A stretch of DNA of 64,000 bases from Bacilli bacterium (GTDB lineage: Bacteria > Bacillota_I > Bacilli_A > RF39 > UBA660): contig DAJPHG010000001.1 in assembly GCA_025992315.1 (NCBI GenBank), positions 810,070 through 874,069 on the forward strand. The letters run 5' to 3'. Position numbers and translations under genes: made by a program. Under the pieces are notes generated by a model. That model was not told the DNA's origin and did no database searches. It was given only the letters and a program-made list of their open reading frames with translations. This document shows, piece after piece, positions 19,351 to 29,110 of the stretch (positions within the stretch are counted from its first letter, which is position 1; the number at the start of each line of letters is the position of its first letter).

Positions 19351-19815
19351 ATGAAAAAGGAAAAATTTTTATCTGCTGTATATTTGATAATTAAAAATGA
19401 AAATGAAGATATTTTATTGCAAAGAAGACAAAATACTAAATTATGGCCTGGATTTTTAGCTTTACCTGCTGGTCATGTTGATGAAAAAGAAAATGCAATA
19501 GAAGCTTTAATAAGAGAAGTAAAGGAAGAACTTGGAATAGAAATATCAATAGATGATATTGTTGATACATTTGTTGTTAATAGGCGCAATAAATCTTTAT
19601 TACCATATTATGATATATATTTTGAAGTTAAAAACTATAAGGGACAAATAAGAATAAATGAACCCGATAAATGCTCTCAAATAGTATGGTGTAATATAAA
19701 TAATTTACCAGAAGATATGATAGATTATGAAATAGAAGCAATTAAAAATAATCAGCTAGGAATAAAATTTAGTGTTATTGATACTGATAATGAGAAAAAA
19801 TTAATATTAAAATGA
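19351..19815 (+). CDS. Nudix hydrolase
   Basis: Nudix box GHVDEKENAIEALIREVKEELGIE; TGGTATAAT extended -10 upstream. Confidence 0.7.
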   Translation: MKKEKFLSAVYLIIKNENEDILLQRRQNTKLWPGFLALPAGHVDEKENAIEALIREVKEELGIEISIDDIVDTFVVNRRNKSLLPYYDIYFEVKNYKGQIRINEPDKCSQIVWCNINNLPEDMIDYEIEAIKNNQLGIKFSVIDTDNEKKLILK

Positions 19816-19906
19816 TTCACTTAAAGAATCAATAAAAATTGGTGTTTCTATAATTGAAAATAGCTATAAAAAGTGATATAAAAATGTTAGAAAGGATGCT
19901 AATTTT

Positions 19907-20671
19907 ATGTTTTTAGAAAATAATTTTATAGGAAATAATACTGATATAATAGAAATAACTTCAAGTATTACAGTATCTTTAGCACTTAAAAAAGTTGGGA
20001 TTGATAATATAAAAGTACATTTACCATTTTCTTTTGATATTGGTAATTTAAAAGAAATGCAAGAATTTAAAAGAAATGAACTTAATAAATTTATATCTGG
20101 TGAAAAAATAGACTTTGATTTTACTGAATTATTTAATAAATTAAAAGAATATGTAAATAATGCTAAAAAAATAAGAGTGTGGTCAAGCTTATTTGATGCA
20201 GATGAATATTGTATGTTGCTTTTTATTTGTCATCATTTTAAAGATAAAGAAATAAGTGTAATTTTTGCAAGTGAAGGAAATATATGGTCAAGTTTTATAC
20301 TTCATAATAGTGAAGAAGAAATAAAACAATTAGAAAATAAAGAACATATATTAAAGGAATACGAGAAAGAAGAATTAGATAAAGAATGGAATGAAATAAT
20401 ATTATCAAATAAAGAACTTAGATATATGATAAATGGAAGTGTCAAATCAGTTGATTTAGATTATTTTGATAATAATATAATTGAAAGATTAAAATCATTA
20501 GGAAAAGTTAGTAAACGTGAATTTGTAATAAATTTAATGAGTAATTCTATTATTCCAAGATGTTGTTATGCTCAGTTTATTCAAGAATATTTTATTAATA
20601 GTTTAATTAGAAAAGACTTAATAAAAAGTGCTTTTGAAGATAATAAAGAAATGGTAGAAATTGTAAAGTAA
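19907..20671 (+). CDS. Hypothetical protein, DUF1835-like
   Basis: N-terminal ITSSITVSLALKKVG and IRVWSSLFDADEYCMLLFI resemble DUF1835/DUF3658 proteins; weak. Confidence 0.25.
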   Translation: MFLENNFIGNNTDIIEITSSITVSLALKKVGIDNIKVHLPFSFDIGNLKEMQEFKRNELNKFISGEKIDFDFTELFNKLKEYVNNAKKIRVWSSLFDADEYCMLLFICHHFKDKEISVIFASEGNIWSSFILHNSEEEIKQLENKEHILKEYEKEELDKEWNEIILSNKELRYMINGSVKSVDLDYFDNNIIERLKSLGKVSKREFVINLMSNSIIPRCCYAQFIQEYFINSLIRKDLIKSAFEDNKEMVEIVK

Positions 20672-20694
20672 ATTAATGTGTAAATAAAATTATA

Positions 20695-21045
20695 ATGAAA
20701 AAGAATAGCAAAAAACCATTTGTGTATGCAAAAGCAGCAGCAAATCTTCGTTTATCAAAAGAAGAATTTATTAATCAAAAAGAGTCTAATAGTATGACTA
20801 ATCAAAGACAAATTATAAATAACTATTTAAAAGAACATAAATAATATAAATTAGTTGATTATTATGTAGATGATGGATATACAGGAACTAATTTTGATAG
20901 ACCAGAATTTCAAAGAATGTTAGAAGACATTAAAAATAAAAAAATAGGGGTAATACATATGAATGAAAATAAAACTAATATAAACTGTTTGATAGGAAAT
21001 TATGCAACATATTTTGAAAAAAGCCATAAAATAAGGGTAAAATAG
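20695..21045 (+). pseudogene. Large serine recombinase, N-terminal catalytic-domain fragment; in-frame TAA at 20842, truncated after about 87 aa
   Basis: FVYAKAAANLRLSKEEFINQKESNSMTNQRQIINNYLKEHK*YKLVDYYVDDGYTGTNFDRPEFQRMLEDIKNKKIGVI matches the resolvase/large-serine-recombinase N-terminus (catalytic Ser in RLS). It then reads into sequence identical to the rbgA start (HMNENKTNIN). Confidence 0.55.
20928..20987 (+). repeat. Direct repeat copy A (att-like): 29 nt matching the rbgA 5' end plus about 30 nt shared with copy B
   Basis: ATTAAAAATAAAAAAATAGGGGTAATACATATGAATGAAAATAAAACTAATATAAACTG. Confidence 0.7.
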
Positions 21046-21175
21046 ACATTGAGTAATTACATTTTTTTAGTAAAAATTACATAAAATAGCGAAAAATACA
21101 CAAAAACGCCCTAAAAATGGCTAAGTATTTATAGGGTGGTGAATGGACGCAACACTTGATGGAAGAGGCGGTAAA

Positions 21176-21814
21176 ATGAAGAAAAAACTAAAAAGTACAT
21201 TTTCAGATTCATTAGGTTTATCGGATGATGTTATTGAAAGACGTTGTATTTGTCTATATCATGGTATAAGATTTGATGCTATTAATAGATTAGAATCTAT
21301 TTTTCAAACTGGTTATATATTACCAAGTAATAAAGTTAAAAGGGATTTTGTATCATATGATGGAACTGTTAAATATTTATATATAAGCAATGATAGTGAT
21401 GAAAATTGTAATATGGGAAAATATGTAAGTGTAATGCCATATGAGGATGATTTAGAATTTAAACTATTTGTTAGAGAAAATTTATTTTTTGCTATTAAAG
21501 AGACAATAAAAGCCTTTGAAACTACGCACGTTTCTTATGATGAATATTGTGATAAAAAAAATAAAGATGAATGTGATGATTATTATAGTTATGCTTTTAA
21601 TGAATATTTTGTTGAAAATGATATATCCTTAGATGATGTTATTTATATTGGAATAGATTCTAGCTACTTTAATGGCAATTATGATAAAATAGTTGAAGAT
21701 GTTATCAATTTAATTAATGTCTATGAAATAGATATACCTTTAGTTGATGAAAGAACAAATAGTGAAATTTACAGATTAAATAGTAAACAAATAATTAAAA
21801 ATAAAAGGAGGTAA
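21176..21814 (+). CDS. Hypothetical Cys/Asp-rich cytoplasmic protein carried between repeats A and B
   Basis: ORF with RBS GAGGCGG; no recognisable domain. Confidence 0.3.
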   Translation: MKKKLKSTFSDSLGLSDDVIERRCICLYHGIRFDAINRLESIFQTGYILPSNKVKRDFVSYDGTVKYLYISNDSDENCNMGKYVSVMPYEDDLEFKLFVRENLFFAIKETIKAFETTHVSYDEYCDKKNKDECDDYYSYAFNEYFVENDISLDDVIYIGIDSSYFNGNYDKIVEDVINLINVYEIDIPLVDERTNSEIYRLNSKQIIKNKRR

Positions 21815-21851
21815 TACTCATGAATGAAAATAAAACTAATATTAACTGGTA
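21793..21851 (+). repeat. Direct repeat copy B: 32 nt identical to the rbgA start, ending in a stop (MNENKTNINW*)
   Basis: ATTAAAAATAAAAGGAGGTAATACTCATGAATGAAAATAAAACTAATATTAACTGGTA. Confidence 0.7.
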
Positions 21852-22049
21852 AGTGGGGAGTTATGAAAAAACACTATTAAACCCTTGAAAATAAAGGAAA
21901 AAAATAAAACTACCTATTAAGAATATAGAAACTAACATAATTTTAAATGCCTTAATACAATTTAAAAATGATAAATTAAAACAGGGTATATATACAGAAC
22001 CTATTGATGAACTAATTTTAAAATTAAATAAAATTTATTAAACATATTT

Positions 22050-22080
22050 GAACTGATTAAAAATGGTCAGTTCTTTTTTT
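22050..22080 (+). terminator. Rho-independent terminator
   Basis: GAACTGA-ttaaaaatgg-TCAGTTC followed by TTTTTTT. Confidence 0.55.
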
Positions 22081-22151
22081 ATGCCAGAAATGGAATACAT
22101 AGCCATCTTATTAAATTAAGGCGGCTAAATTAAAAGAAAGGAGGTGAGAAT

Positions 22152-22373
22152 ATGCAAGAAAGTAAGCACAAGGTAATTGCAATCACAAATCAGAAAGGAG
22201 GAGTTGGTAGGACCACAACAACATTTAATCTTGGAGTAGCATTGGCTAAACAAGGGAAAAAAGTGTTAGTTGTAGATGTTGATCCTCAGAGTAATTTAAC
22301 TACTTTAAGGCTGAGTAAGTATGCTAATTGCAATTTTAAAATTAAGTATAGAAAAACTAATTCTATATACTAA
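22152..22373 (+). pseudogene. ParA/Soj-family partition ATPase, N-terminal fragment only (73 aa)
   Basis: [45 protein letters not shown] deviant Walker A, then unrelated sequence and a stop. Confidence 0.5.
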
Positions 22374-22430
22374 AATAAAAAAGGTTATTTCTAAAATAAA
22401 GAAATAGCCTTGATACATAATTAAATTATA

Positions 22431-22473
22431 TTACAAAATTGTAATATTGAGTAATATTAGAATGACGACTTAT
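22431..22473 (+). promoter_or_regulatory. Promoter/operator copy 1 (candidate response-regulator binding site) upstream of the mgt-RR-HK operon
   Basis: TTACAAAATTGTAATATTGAGTAATATTAGAATGACGACTTAT. Contains the palindrome TTACAAAATTGTAA. 40/43 nt identical to the copy at 25029. Confidence 0.5.
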
Positions 22474-22537
22474 ATGATAAAAAATGATAATATTATTGCA
22501 ATAAATTACTTTTTAGTAAAGAAGGGATTAGCATTAT

Positions 22538-23227
22538 ATGAAATTAGTTAAAAAGATTACAATAACAGTTTTATTAATATTTATTTGTATAGGAAGTTAT
22601 TTTATTTGTAGTGGTTATCAAATGTATAAGAATGCCATAAATAAAATGCCATTAAAGGATAAAATTACAACAATTAGGCAAAAAGAAGATTATACAAAAA
22701 TTGATGATATGCCTCAAATATATTTAAAAGCAGTTGTATCAGTTGAAGATCATAGATTTTACAAACATTTTGGGATAGATGTCATTTCTATTGGAAGAGC
22801 ATTTGTAAATGATATAAAAAAAATGAAATTTGTAGAGGGAGGAAGCACAATTACCCAACAACTAGCCAAGAATATCTATTTTACACAAGATAAGAAAATA
22901 GTAAGGAAAGTTGCAGAAATTTTTATGGCATTTAGCATAGAAAGTAACTCTAATAAGGATGAAATATTAGAATTATATTTGAATACTTCATATTTTGGCA
23001 ATGGATTTTATTCTGTTAAGTCAGCAAGTTTAGGTTATTTTAATAAATTACCAAAAGATATGAACGATAGTGAATCAATTATGCTAGCAGGAACCCTAAA
23101 TGCTCCGTCTTTATATAATCCAATTCAAAATAAAAATTTAGCAATTGAAAGACAGAGGCAAGTTATAAATAAAATGATTAAATATGGTAACCTAGATAAA
23201 GTTGAAGCAGAAAAAATTATAAAATAA
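22538..23227 (+). CDS. mgt: Monofunctional peptidoglycan glycosyltransferase (GT51 transglycosylase)
   Basis: VSVEDHRFYKHFGID, GGSTITQQLAKN, RKVAEIFMAFSIE, LELYLNTSYFG: the GT51 motifs; N-terminal TM anchor. Confidence 0.75.
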   Translation: MKLVKKITITVLLIFICIGSYFICSGYQMYKNAINKMPLKDKITTIRQKEDYTKIDDMPQIYLKAVVSVEDHRFYKHFGIDVISIGRAFVNDIKKMKFVEGGSTITQQLAKNIYFTQDKKIVRKVAEIFMAFSIESNSNKDEILELYLNTSYFGNGFYSVKSASLGYFNKLPKDMNDSESIMLAGTLNAPSLYNPIQNKNLAIERQRQVINKMIKYGNLDKVEAEKIIK

Positions 23228-23319
23228 TTATATTTAATTTTCTGAATTATTATAATTTAGAAAATTAAAGTGATATAATATGAATGATTAAAAAAGCAAA
23301 TTATGAAAGGAGACAAACT

Positions 23320-23982
23320 ATGAAAAAAATATTAATTATAGAAGATGAAAAAATTATCAGAAATGAGTTAAAATCTTTGTTAGAAAACTCAGGGTATGAA
23401 GTATTAATTATAGAAAAGTTTGATAATGTTAAAGAAAATATAAAAAATATGAAATTTGATTTAATTTTAATGGATATTAATTTACCTAATAAAAATGGTG
23501 AAATTTTATTAAAAGAAATTAGAAAAGAATCTAATGTTCCTATTATTATGGTTACGAGCAGAGTAGGAGAAGTAGATGAAGTTTTATCTATATCTTATGG
23601 TGCAGACGATTATATTACTAAGCCATATAATCCAACAATCTTATTATTGAGAATACAAAATATATTTAAACGAATGGATAATAATATGGACGACTTATTT
23701 TATGATAATATTAGTGTTAATCCACAAAAAGGAATATTGAAACAAGGTGAAAAGATATTAGAACTTACTAAAAATGAAATGATTATCTTTACATATCTTT
23801 TAAGTAATCGTGGTAGAATAGTAACTCGTGATGATTTAATGACTGATTTATGGAATAATAATGAATTTATAAATGACAACGCTCTAACAGTAAATATTAG
23901 TAGATTAAGAAATAAATTACAAAATTTTGGACTTGAAAATAGAATTGAAACAAGAAAAGGACAAGGGTATAAATTATTATGA
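23320..23982 (+). CDS. OmpR-family response regulator (BceR-like)
   Basis: Receiver domain ILIIEDE...LILMDINLP...; winged-helix C-terminus RIETRKGQGYKL. Confidence 0.85.
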   Translation: MKKILIIEDEKIIRNELKSLLENSGYEVLIIEKFDNVKENIKNMKFDLILMDINLPNKNGEILLKEIRKESNVPIIMVTSRVGEVDEVLSISYGADDYITKPYNPTILLLRIQNIFKRMDNNMDDLFYDNISVNPQKGILKQGEKILELTKNEMIIFTYLLSNRGRIVTRDDLMTDLWNNNEFINDNALTVNISRLRNKLQNFGLENRIETRKGQGYKLL

Positions 23983-24995
23983 GTTTTAAAAAATATTTAT
24001 TAGATAAAACAGTACAAATAACTGTGTCAATTGTTGGATTCATAATTGCTATTCTTATGTTAAACGCATTTAAAGTGGAAAATGATTTGAAAATAGCATT
24101 GACAATATTATTTTTTTTAGTTGCAACATTTAATATTATTTTTGATTATTTCAGGAAATACAAATTTTACAAAAAAATATTAAATAAGCTTGATAAGTTA
24201 GATAAAAAATATTTAATTTTAGAAATATTAAATAAGCCAAACTTTTATGATGGCAAAATTTTTTATCAAATTCTTTATGATATAAACAAGTCAATGATTG
24301 AAAATGTAAAAGAATATAATTTAAGTATTACCGATTTCAAGGAATATGTAGAAATGTGGATTCATGAAGTAAAGATTCCAGTAGCAAGTTTAACTTTATT
24401 AATTCATAACAACAAAAATATGTTTGATAAGAGATATATAGAACAAATTAGAAAGTTAGATAACTATATAGATCAAATTTTATATTTCGTTCGAAGCGAA
24501 AATGCCGAGAAAGATTATCTTATCAAAGAAATTGAATTGCAGAAGATTATCAAAGATGTTGCTTTAAAAAATAAAGATGACTTATTAGAAAACAAAGTTA
24601 ATCTTGAAGTTGATGTTCATAATGAAAAAGTTTTGACGGATTCGAAATGGTTAGAGTTTGTATTAAATCAGATTATAAACAATAGTATTAAATATAAAAA
24701 GAATAATAACGATCCAATAATAAAAATCAGTGTAAAAGATGAAAAAGATAAAGTATATCTAACTATTTGGGATAATGGAATAGGAATACCTAAAAACGAT
24801 ATAAAAAGAGTATTTGATAAATCTTTCACTGGTGAAAATGGTAGAATAATGGCAAAATCAACAGGTATGGGACTTTATATTGTCAAGAAATTATGCGATA
24901 AATTAGGACATAAGATAATTATTGAATCTGAAATACATAAATATACAAAAATTACAATTATCTTTTATAAAAATGATTTTTATAAAGTTGATTAA
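23979..24995 (+). CDS. Intramembrane-sensing histidine kinase (BceS-like)
   Basis: Two N-terminal TM helices with no extracellular domain; H-box and HATPase_c motifs (WDNGIGIP, GMGLYIVKKL). Confidence 0.8.
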   Translation: MSFKKYLLDKTVQITVSIVGFIIAILMLNAFKVENDLKIALTILFFLVATFNIIFDYFRKYKFYKKILNKLDKLDKKYLILEILNKPNFYDGKIFYQILYDINKSMIENVKEYNLSITDFKEYVEMWIHEVKIPVASLTLLIHNNKNMFDKRYIEQIRKLDNYIDQILYFVRSENAEKDYLIKEIELQKIIKDVALKNKDDLLENKVNLEVDVHNEKVLTDSKWLEFVLNQIINNSIKYKKNNNDPIIKISVKDEKDKVYLTIWDNGIGIPKNDIKRVFDKSFTGENGRIMAKSTGMGLYIVKKLCDKLGHKIIIESEIHKYTKITIIFYKNDFYKVD

Positions 24996-25028
24996 AGTTT
25001 ATGCAGATTTGGATACTAAAAATAAATA

Positions 25029-25071
25029 TTACAAAATTGTAATATTCTGTAATATTAGAATAACGACTAAT
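25029..25071 (+). promoter_or_regulatory. Promoter/operator copy 2 upstream of the BceAB-like ABC transporter
   Basis: TTACAAAATTGTAATATTCTGTAATATTAGAATAACGACTAAT; a second palindrome ATTACAATGTAAT lies just downstream. Confidence 0.5.
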
Positions 25072-25113
25072 CCTATCTTTTATATTACAATGTAATCAGA
25101 AAGGAGAAAGATT

Positions 25114-25881
25114 ATGGAAAATATCTTAAAAATTGATAAAATTGAAAAATATTATGGCAATAAATCTAGTCTTACAAAAGCAATTGATAACCTATCATTT
25201 GATGTTGAAAAGGGAGAATTTGTTGCAATAATGGGAGCAAGTGGCTCTGGAAAGACTACTCTTTTAAATTGTATATCTACAATTGATAAAGTTACATCTG
25301 GACATATTTATGTAGCAGGTAATGATATCACAAAATTAAGAGGAAATAGTCTAAATAAGTTTAGAAGGGAAGAGTTAGGTTTTATATTTCAAGATTTTAA
25401 TTTGCTTGATACTTTAACTGCTTATGAAAATATTGCTTTGGCACTTTCTATTCAAAACGTGAATTCGAGAGAAATTGATACAAGAATTAAAAAAGTTGCA
25501 AAAGAACTGGATATTGTTAATGTACTTAATAAATATCCATATCAAATGAGTGGAGGTCAAAAGCAAAGAGTCGCTAGTGCAAGAGCAATAATTACTAATC
25601 CAAAGTTAATTCTTGCTGATGAACCAACAGGTGCATTGGATTCAAAGTCAGCTAAAATGCTTTTAGAAAAATTTGATTATTTGAATAAAGAATTACAAGC
25701 AACAATTCTTATGGTGACACATGATGCGTTTACTGCAAGTTATTCTTCAAGAGTCATATTTATCAAAGATGGCAAAATTTTTAATGAAATAATTAAAGGA
25801 ACAAATTCTAGAAAAGAATTTTTTGATAAAATAATAGATGTTGTAACATTACTTGGTGGTGACTTAAACGATGCTCTTTAA
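25114..25881 (+). CDS. ABC ATP-binding protein, BceA/MacB-type
   Basis: GASGSGKTTLLN, MSGGQKQRVASARA, LILADEPTGALD. Confidence 0.85.
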   Translation: MENILKIDKIEKYYGNKSSLTKAIDNLSFDVEKGEFVAIMGASGSGKTTLLNCISTIDKVTSGHIYVAGNDITKLRGNSLNKFRREELGFIFQDFNLLDTLTAYENIALALSIQNVNSREIDTRIKKVAKELDIVNVLNKYPYQMSGGQKQRVASARAIITNPKLILADEPTGALDSKSAKMLLEKFDYLNKELQATILMVTHDAFTASYSSRVIFIKDGKIFNEIIKGTNSRKEFFDKIIDVVTLLGGDLNDAL

Positions 25882-27901
25882 GTTATCATTAAAAAATGTT
25901 AGTAAGAGTATAAAGGATTATGCCATCTATTTCTTTACTCTGATACTAGGTGTTGCAATTTTTTATGTGTTCAATGCAATAGATGATCAGTCAGTTATGA
26001 TGAAGGTATCATCAACAACAGCAGAAATAATAAAACTTATGACCAATGTTCTTTCTGGTGTTAGCGTGTTTGTATCTATAATATTAGCGTTTTTAATTGT
26101 TTATGCAAGTAGATTCTTAATAAAAAGAAGAAATAAAGAATTTGGAGTTTATTTAACGCTTGGAATGAGCAAAAAGAAAATATCCTTAATATTATTTATT
26201 GAAACATTAATAATAGGTATAGTTTCATTGGTAGTTGGTTTAGGAATAGGTTTTTTATTATCACAATTGATGAGTATTTTGGTTGCTAATATGTTTGAAG
26301 CAGATTTAACTAGATTTCAGTTCGTATTTTCAACAAATGCTTGTATTAAAACTTTGATTTATTTTGGTATTATGTATTTTGTAGTTATGATATTTAATAC
26401 TATAAATATTAGTAAATGTAAATTGATAGATTTAATGCATTCTAATAAAAAATCTGAAAAAATAAAATTAAAAAATCCATTGTTCTGTACAATAGTGTTT
26501 ATTATTTCTTGCATAGCACTAGGATTTGCTTATTATCAGGTTACTGGTGGCATTGAGAAAATGACTAATGCAAATAGTATTTTTGTTCCTATAGGAGTAG
26601 GTGCTATTTCAACTTTCTTTGTGTTTTGGTCTTTATCGGGCTTGCTTTTAAAAATATTTATAAGTATGAAGAACACCTATTATAAAGGGTTAAATAGTTT
26701 CACCCTTAGACAGTTTTCAAGTAAAATAAATACTATGACTTTTTCTATGACAATAATATGTTTGATGTTATTTATAACGATTTGTGTACTATCAAGTGCT
26801 TTGTCAATGAAGAATTCTTTAAATAAAAATGTGGTAGAATTTTCTCCAAGGGATATAGAAATTTCAAAACCTGCAAATGTTGATTTAGAAGTTAATGATT
26901 TTACTGATAAACAAATAGAAAATTATAAATTAAGTTTTGAAGAAATTTTTACAAAGAATGGATTTGATTTTAAAAAATTTAAAAATATAGTTTATTTTTC
27001 TTTGTATGCTGATGATTATGTTACTTTAAAGTCTACATTAGGAACTTATTATAAAACTGCAAAGAAAAATTATCCTTTTTTAAGATATGATGATTATATT
27101 GTTTTAATGAAAAATAGTGACTATAATAACTTAGCTAATAATTTTAATTTAGAAAAAATCAATTTAAATAGTGATCAATATGCTGTTGTCGGGAACTATA
27201 AAGAAATGATTGATATTAAGAATGAAGCTTTAAAAAGAAATACAGAGATTATAGTTAATCAAAAAATATATTTACCAAAATATAAAAAAGCAATTAATGG
27301 TTTTTATGAAATGGGTAGTCAAAAGTCAGAGATTGGGTTTATTGTTTTACCAGATGATGCTTTAAATGAAAATCAAAAGATATCTAACAAAATGGTTGCT
27401 GATTATAATGGAAATCAAGATGATATAGAGAAAGATGTTACTTCATTTTTAAATAATACTAGTAAATACATCATAACATTTAATACTAAGAAAGATATAA
27501 GATATGCAAGTGTTGGACTTGGTGCTATTGTTACATTTTTAGGTTTGTATCTTGGAATTATATTTTTGATATCGTGTGCTGCTATTTTAGCTTTAAAAGA
27601 ATTATCAGAGTCAAGTGACAATGTAGAAAAATTTGTTGTGTTAAGAAAAATTGGTGTAGATGAACAAGAATTAAATAAAGCTCTTTTTAAACAAATTGGA
27701 ATATTTTTTATGTTTCCACTTATACTAGCTATAATTCATTCAATATTTGGTGTTATGTTTTGTAATAATATTTTAAAAACAATGGGTGTTAGTTTTAATT
27801 TAAAATCAGTTATAATAACATCTTTGTTTATAATATTTATATATGGAGGTTATTTCTTTATAACTTATATATGTAGTAAAAATATAATTAAGGAAAAATA
27901 A
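25871..27901 (+). CDS. FtsX-family ABC permease, BceB-type (10 TM, large extracellular loop)
   Basis: 676 aa; N- and C-terminal FtsX 4-helix bundles flanking an extracytoplasmic domain of about 200 aa; start overlaps the ATPase stop. Confidence 0.8.
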   Translation: MLFKLSLKNVSKSIKDYAIYFFTLILGVAIFYVFNAIDDQSVMMKVSSTTAEIIKLMTNVLSGVSVFVSIILAFLIVYASRFLIKRRNKEFGVYLTLGMSKKKISLILFIETLIIGIVSLVVGLGIGFLLSQLMSILVANMFEADLTRFQFVFSTNACIKTLIYFGIMYFVVMIFNTINISKCKLIDLMHSNKKSEKIKLKNPLFCTIVFIISCIALGFAYYQVTGGIEKMTNANSIFVPIGVGAISTFFVFWSLSGLLLKIFISMKNTYYKGLNSFTLRQFSSKINTMTFSMTIICLMLFITICVLSSALSMKNSLNKNVVEFSPRDIEISKPANVDLEVNDFTDKQIENYKLSFEEIFTKNGFDFKKFKNIVYFSLYADDYVTLKSTLGTYYKTAKKNYPFLRYDDYIVLMKNSDYNNLANNFNLEKINLNSDQYAVVGNYKEMIDIKNEALKRNTEIIVNQKIYLPKYKKAINGFYEMGSQKSEIGFIVLPDDALNENQKISNKMVADYNGNQDDIEKDVTSFLNNTSKYIITFNTKKDIRYASVGLGAIVTFLGLYLGIIFLISCAAILALKELSESSDNVEKFVVLRKIGVDEQELNKALFKQIGIFFMFPLILAIIHSIFGVMFCNNILKTMGVSFNLKSVIITSLFIIFIYGGYFFITYICSKNIIKEK

Positions 27902-27921
27902 TATATCTTATAAAACGATAA

Positions 27922-27948
27922 AAGAGGCTATTACAAGCCTCTTATTTT
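27922..27948. terminator. Bidirectional rho-independent terminator between bceB-like and the convergent XRE gene
   Basis: AAGAGGCT-attaca-AGCCTCTT with T-tracts on both strands. Confidence 0.6.
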
Positions 27949-28186
27949 AATACTCCAATTTCTCCATATCAAATAATGGAGAGTCATAAAAATCTTTAAG
28001 TTCTATTTTTAAAGTTTTACATATTTTAAAGATAATTGTAGAACTTGGATTATCTACATTGTTTGCCAGTAATGCTCTTAATGTTGATGGTGCAATAGCA
28101 GATAATTCAGCAAGTTTATTTGGAGTGTAATTATATTTGTTACATAATTCAAGTATTCTTAAAGTAATTGCTTCTTTAAATAACAT
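27947..28186 (-). CDS. XRE-family helix-turn-helix transcriptional regulator
   Basis: LRILELCNKYNYTPNKLAELSAIAPSTLRALL HTH_3-like. Confidence 0.6.
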   Translation of the reverse strand: MLFKEAITLRILELCNKYNYTPNKLAELSAIAPSTLRALLANNVDNPSSTIIFKICKTLKIELKDFYDSPLFDMEKLEY

Positions 28187-28406
28187 TTTAAAAACTTCCT
28201 TAACACTACAAAAATTCTAGTGGAAATCGGTTGAAATTATACGCCGATACCGGTTGGCTTTTGGAGGCTATAATGTCAATGTAGTTAGATAAAAATATGA
28301 AATTTATAATTGATTAAGCAGTACGAAAGGATTATAAAAGTTTTTTTGTATTGCTTTTTTTATCAAAAAATGATGGTAATAAATGGATTTAAAGAAGTAG
28401 TAAGAA

Positions 28407-28718
28407 ATGTTTGAAGAATTATTAATATCAGTACTATTTATTATTGTTTTAATTATTTTGTGCATAATTTCTAATTTGTATTCAAAAAAGGAAGAAGAAA
28501 AAGAAACAATAAAAAATAACGATACTGATTGGATGAATATATTTAAAAAGAAAGAAAAAATAAATGAACTAAATAGATTATTGATAGATGAGTTAATTGA
28601 AGATATTGTTGTTAGTGAAGATGGTAATATAAAAGTAATATTCAAATATGAAGATAAATATTTTGAGGCACTATACTTTATAAACAGACAAAACTATGAT
28701 ATAATATTATCCAGTTAA
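28407..28718 (+). CDS. Small hypothetical protein; its C-terminal half resembles the DUF4368 tail of large serine recombinases
   Basis: LLIDELIEDIVVSEDGNIKVIFKYED; N-terminal hydrophobic helix. Confidence 0.2.
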   Translation: MFEELLISVLFIIVLIILCIISNLYSKKEEEKETIKNNDTDWMNIFKKKEKINELNRLLIDELIEDIVVSEDGNIKVIFKYEDKYFEALYFINRQNYDIILSS

Positions 28719-29110
28719 AGGGCGAAATTAGAAAATACTTTTTTAAGTATTTTTTTAAAATAAAGAGAAATAGAAAGAAGTGAAAAAAATGGATATGTAT
28801 CAAAAAAGAAAAATCAGGGCTGAAATGAAAAATAACAATCAAGAAGAAAAGTTAACTAAAGTCGGAATTAACTGGTTGATTACGATTTATCCAAGAATAG
28901 GAGAAAACTCCGATAAAATAAATGATTGTGAGATTTAATATCTTGCATGTTTAATATAAAAAATGATAAAATAGACAAAAAATCATAAAAAATGATTATT
29001 TTTAATGCAAAAAGTAGTAGGAATTAGTAAGGTGATTACGCCACCTAATAATAAAAAATATGGTATTAAATATGACATAATACTTAGCAAAAAGGTAGGT
29101 GAATGATATT

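Noticed and set aside
22431-25071. Possible CRISPR array suggested by the repeated 43-nt element
   Set aside because: There are only two copies, 2.6 kb apart, each sitting at promoter distance from a gene, with no spacer-repeat periodicity and no cas genes. They are interpreted as duplicated operator/promoter elements instead.
28190-28300. Locally GC-richer patch with small inverted repeats (ATCGG...CCGAT, ACCGGT) between the XRE gene and 28407
   Set aside because: No promoter, terminator or conserved ncRNA signature was recognisable. It might be a former attachment site or an operator, but the evidence is too thin.
28789-28940. 50-codon ORF (MDMYQKRKIRAEMKNNNQEEKLTKVGINWLITIYPRIGENSDKINDCEI)
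   Set aside because: It has no RBS and lies in a decayed region. It could be a fragment of a larger eroded gene, but there is not enough support.
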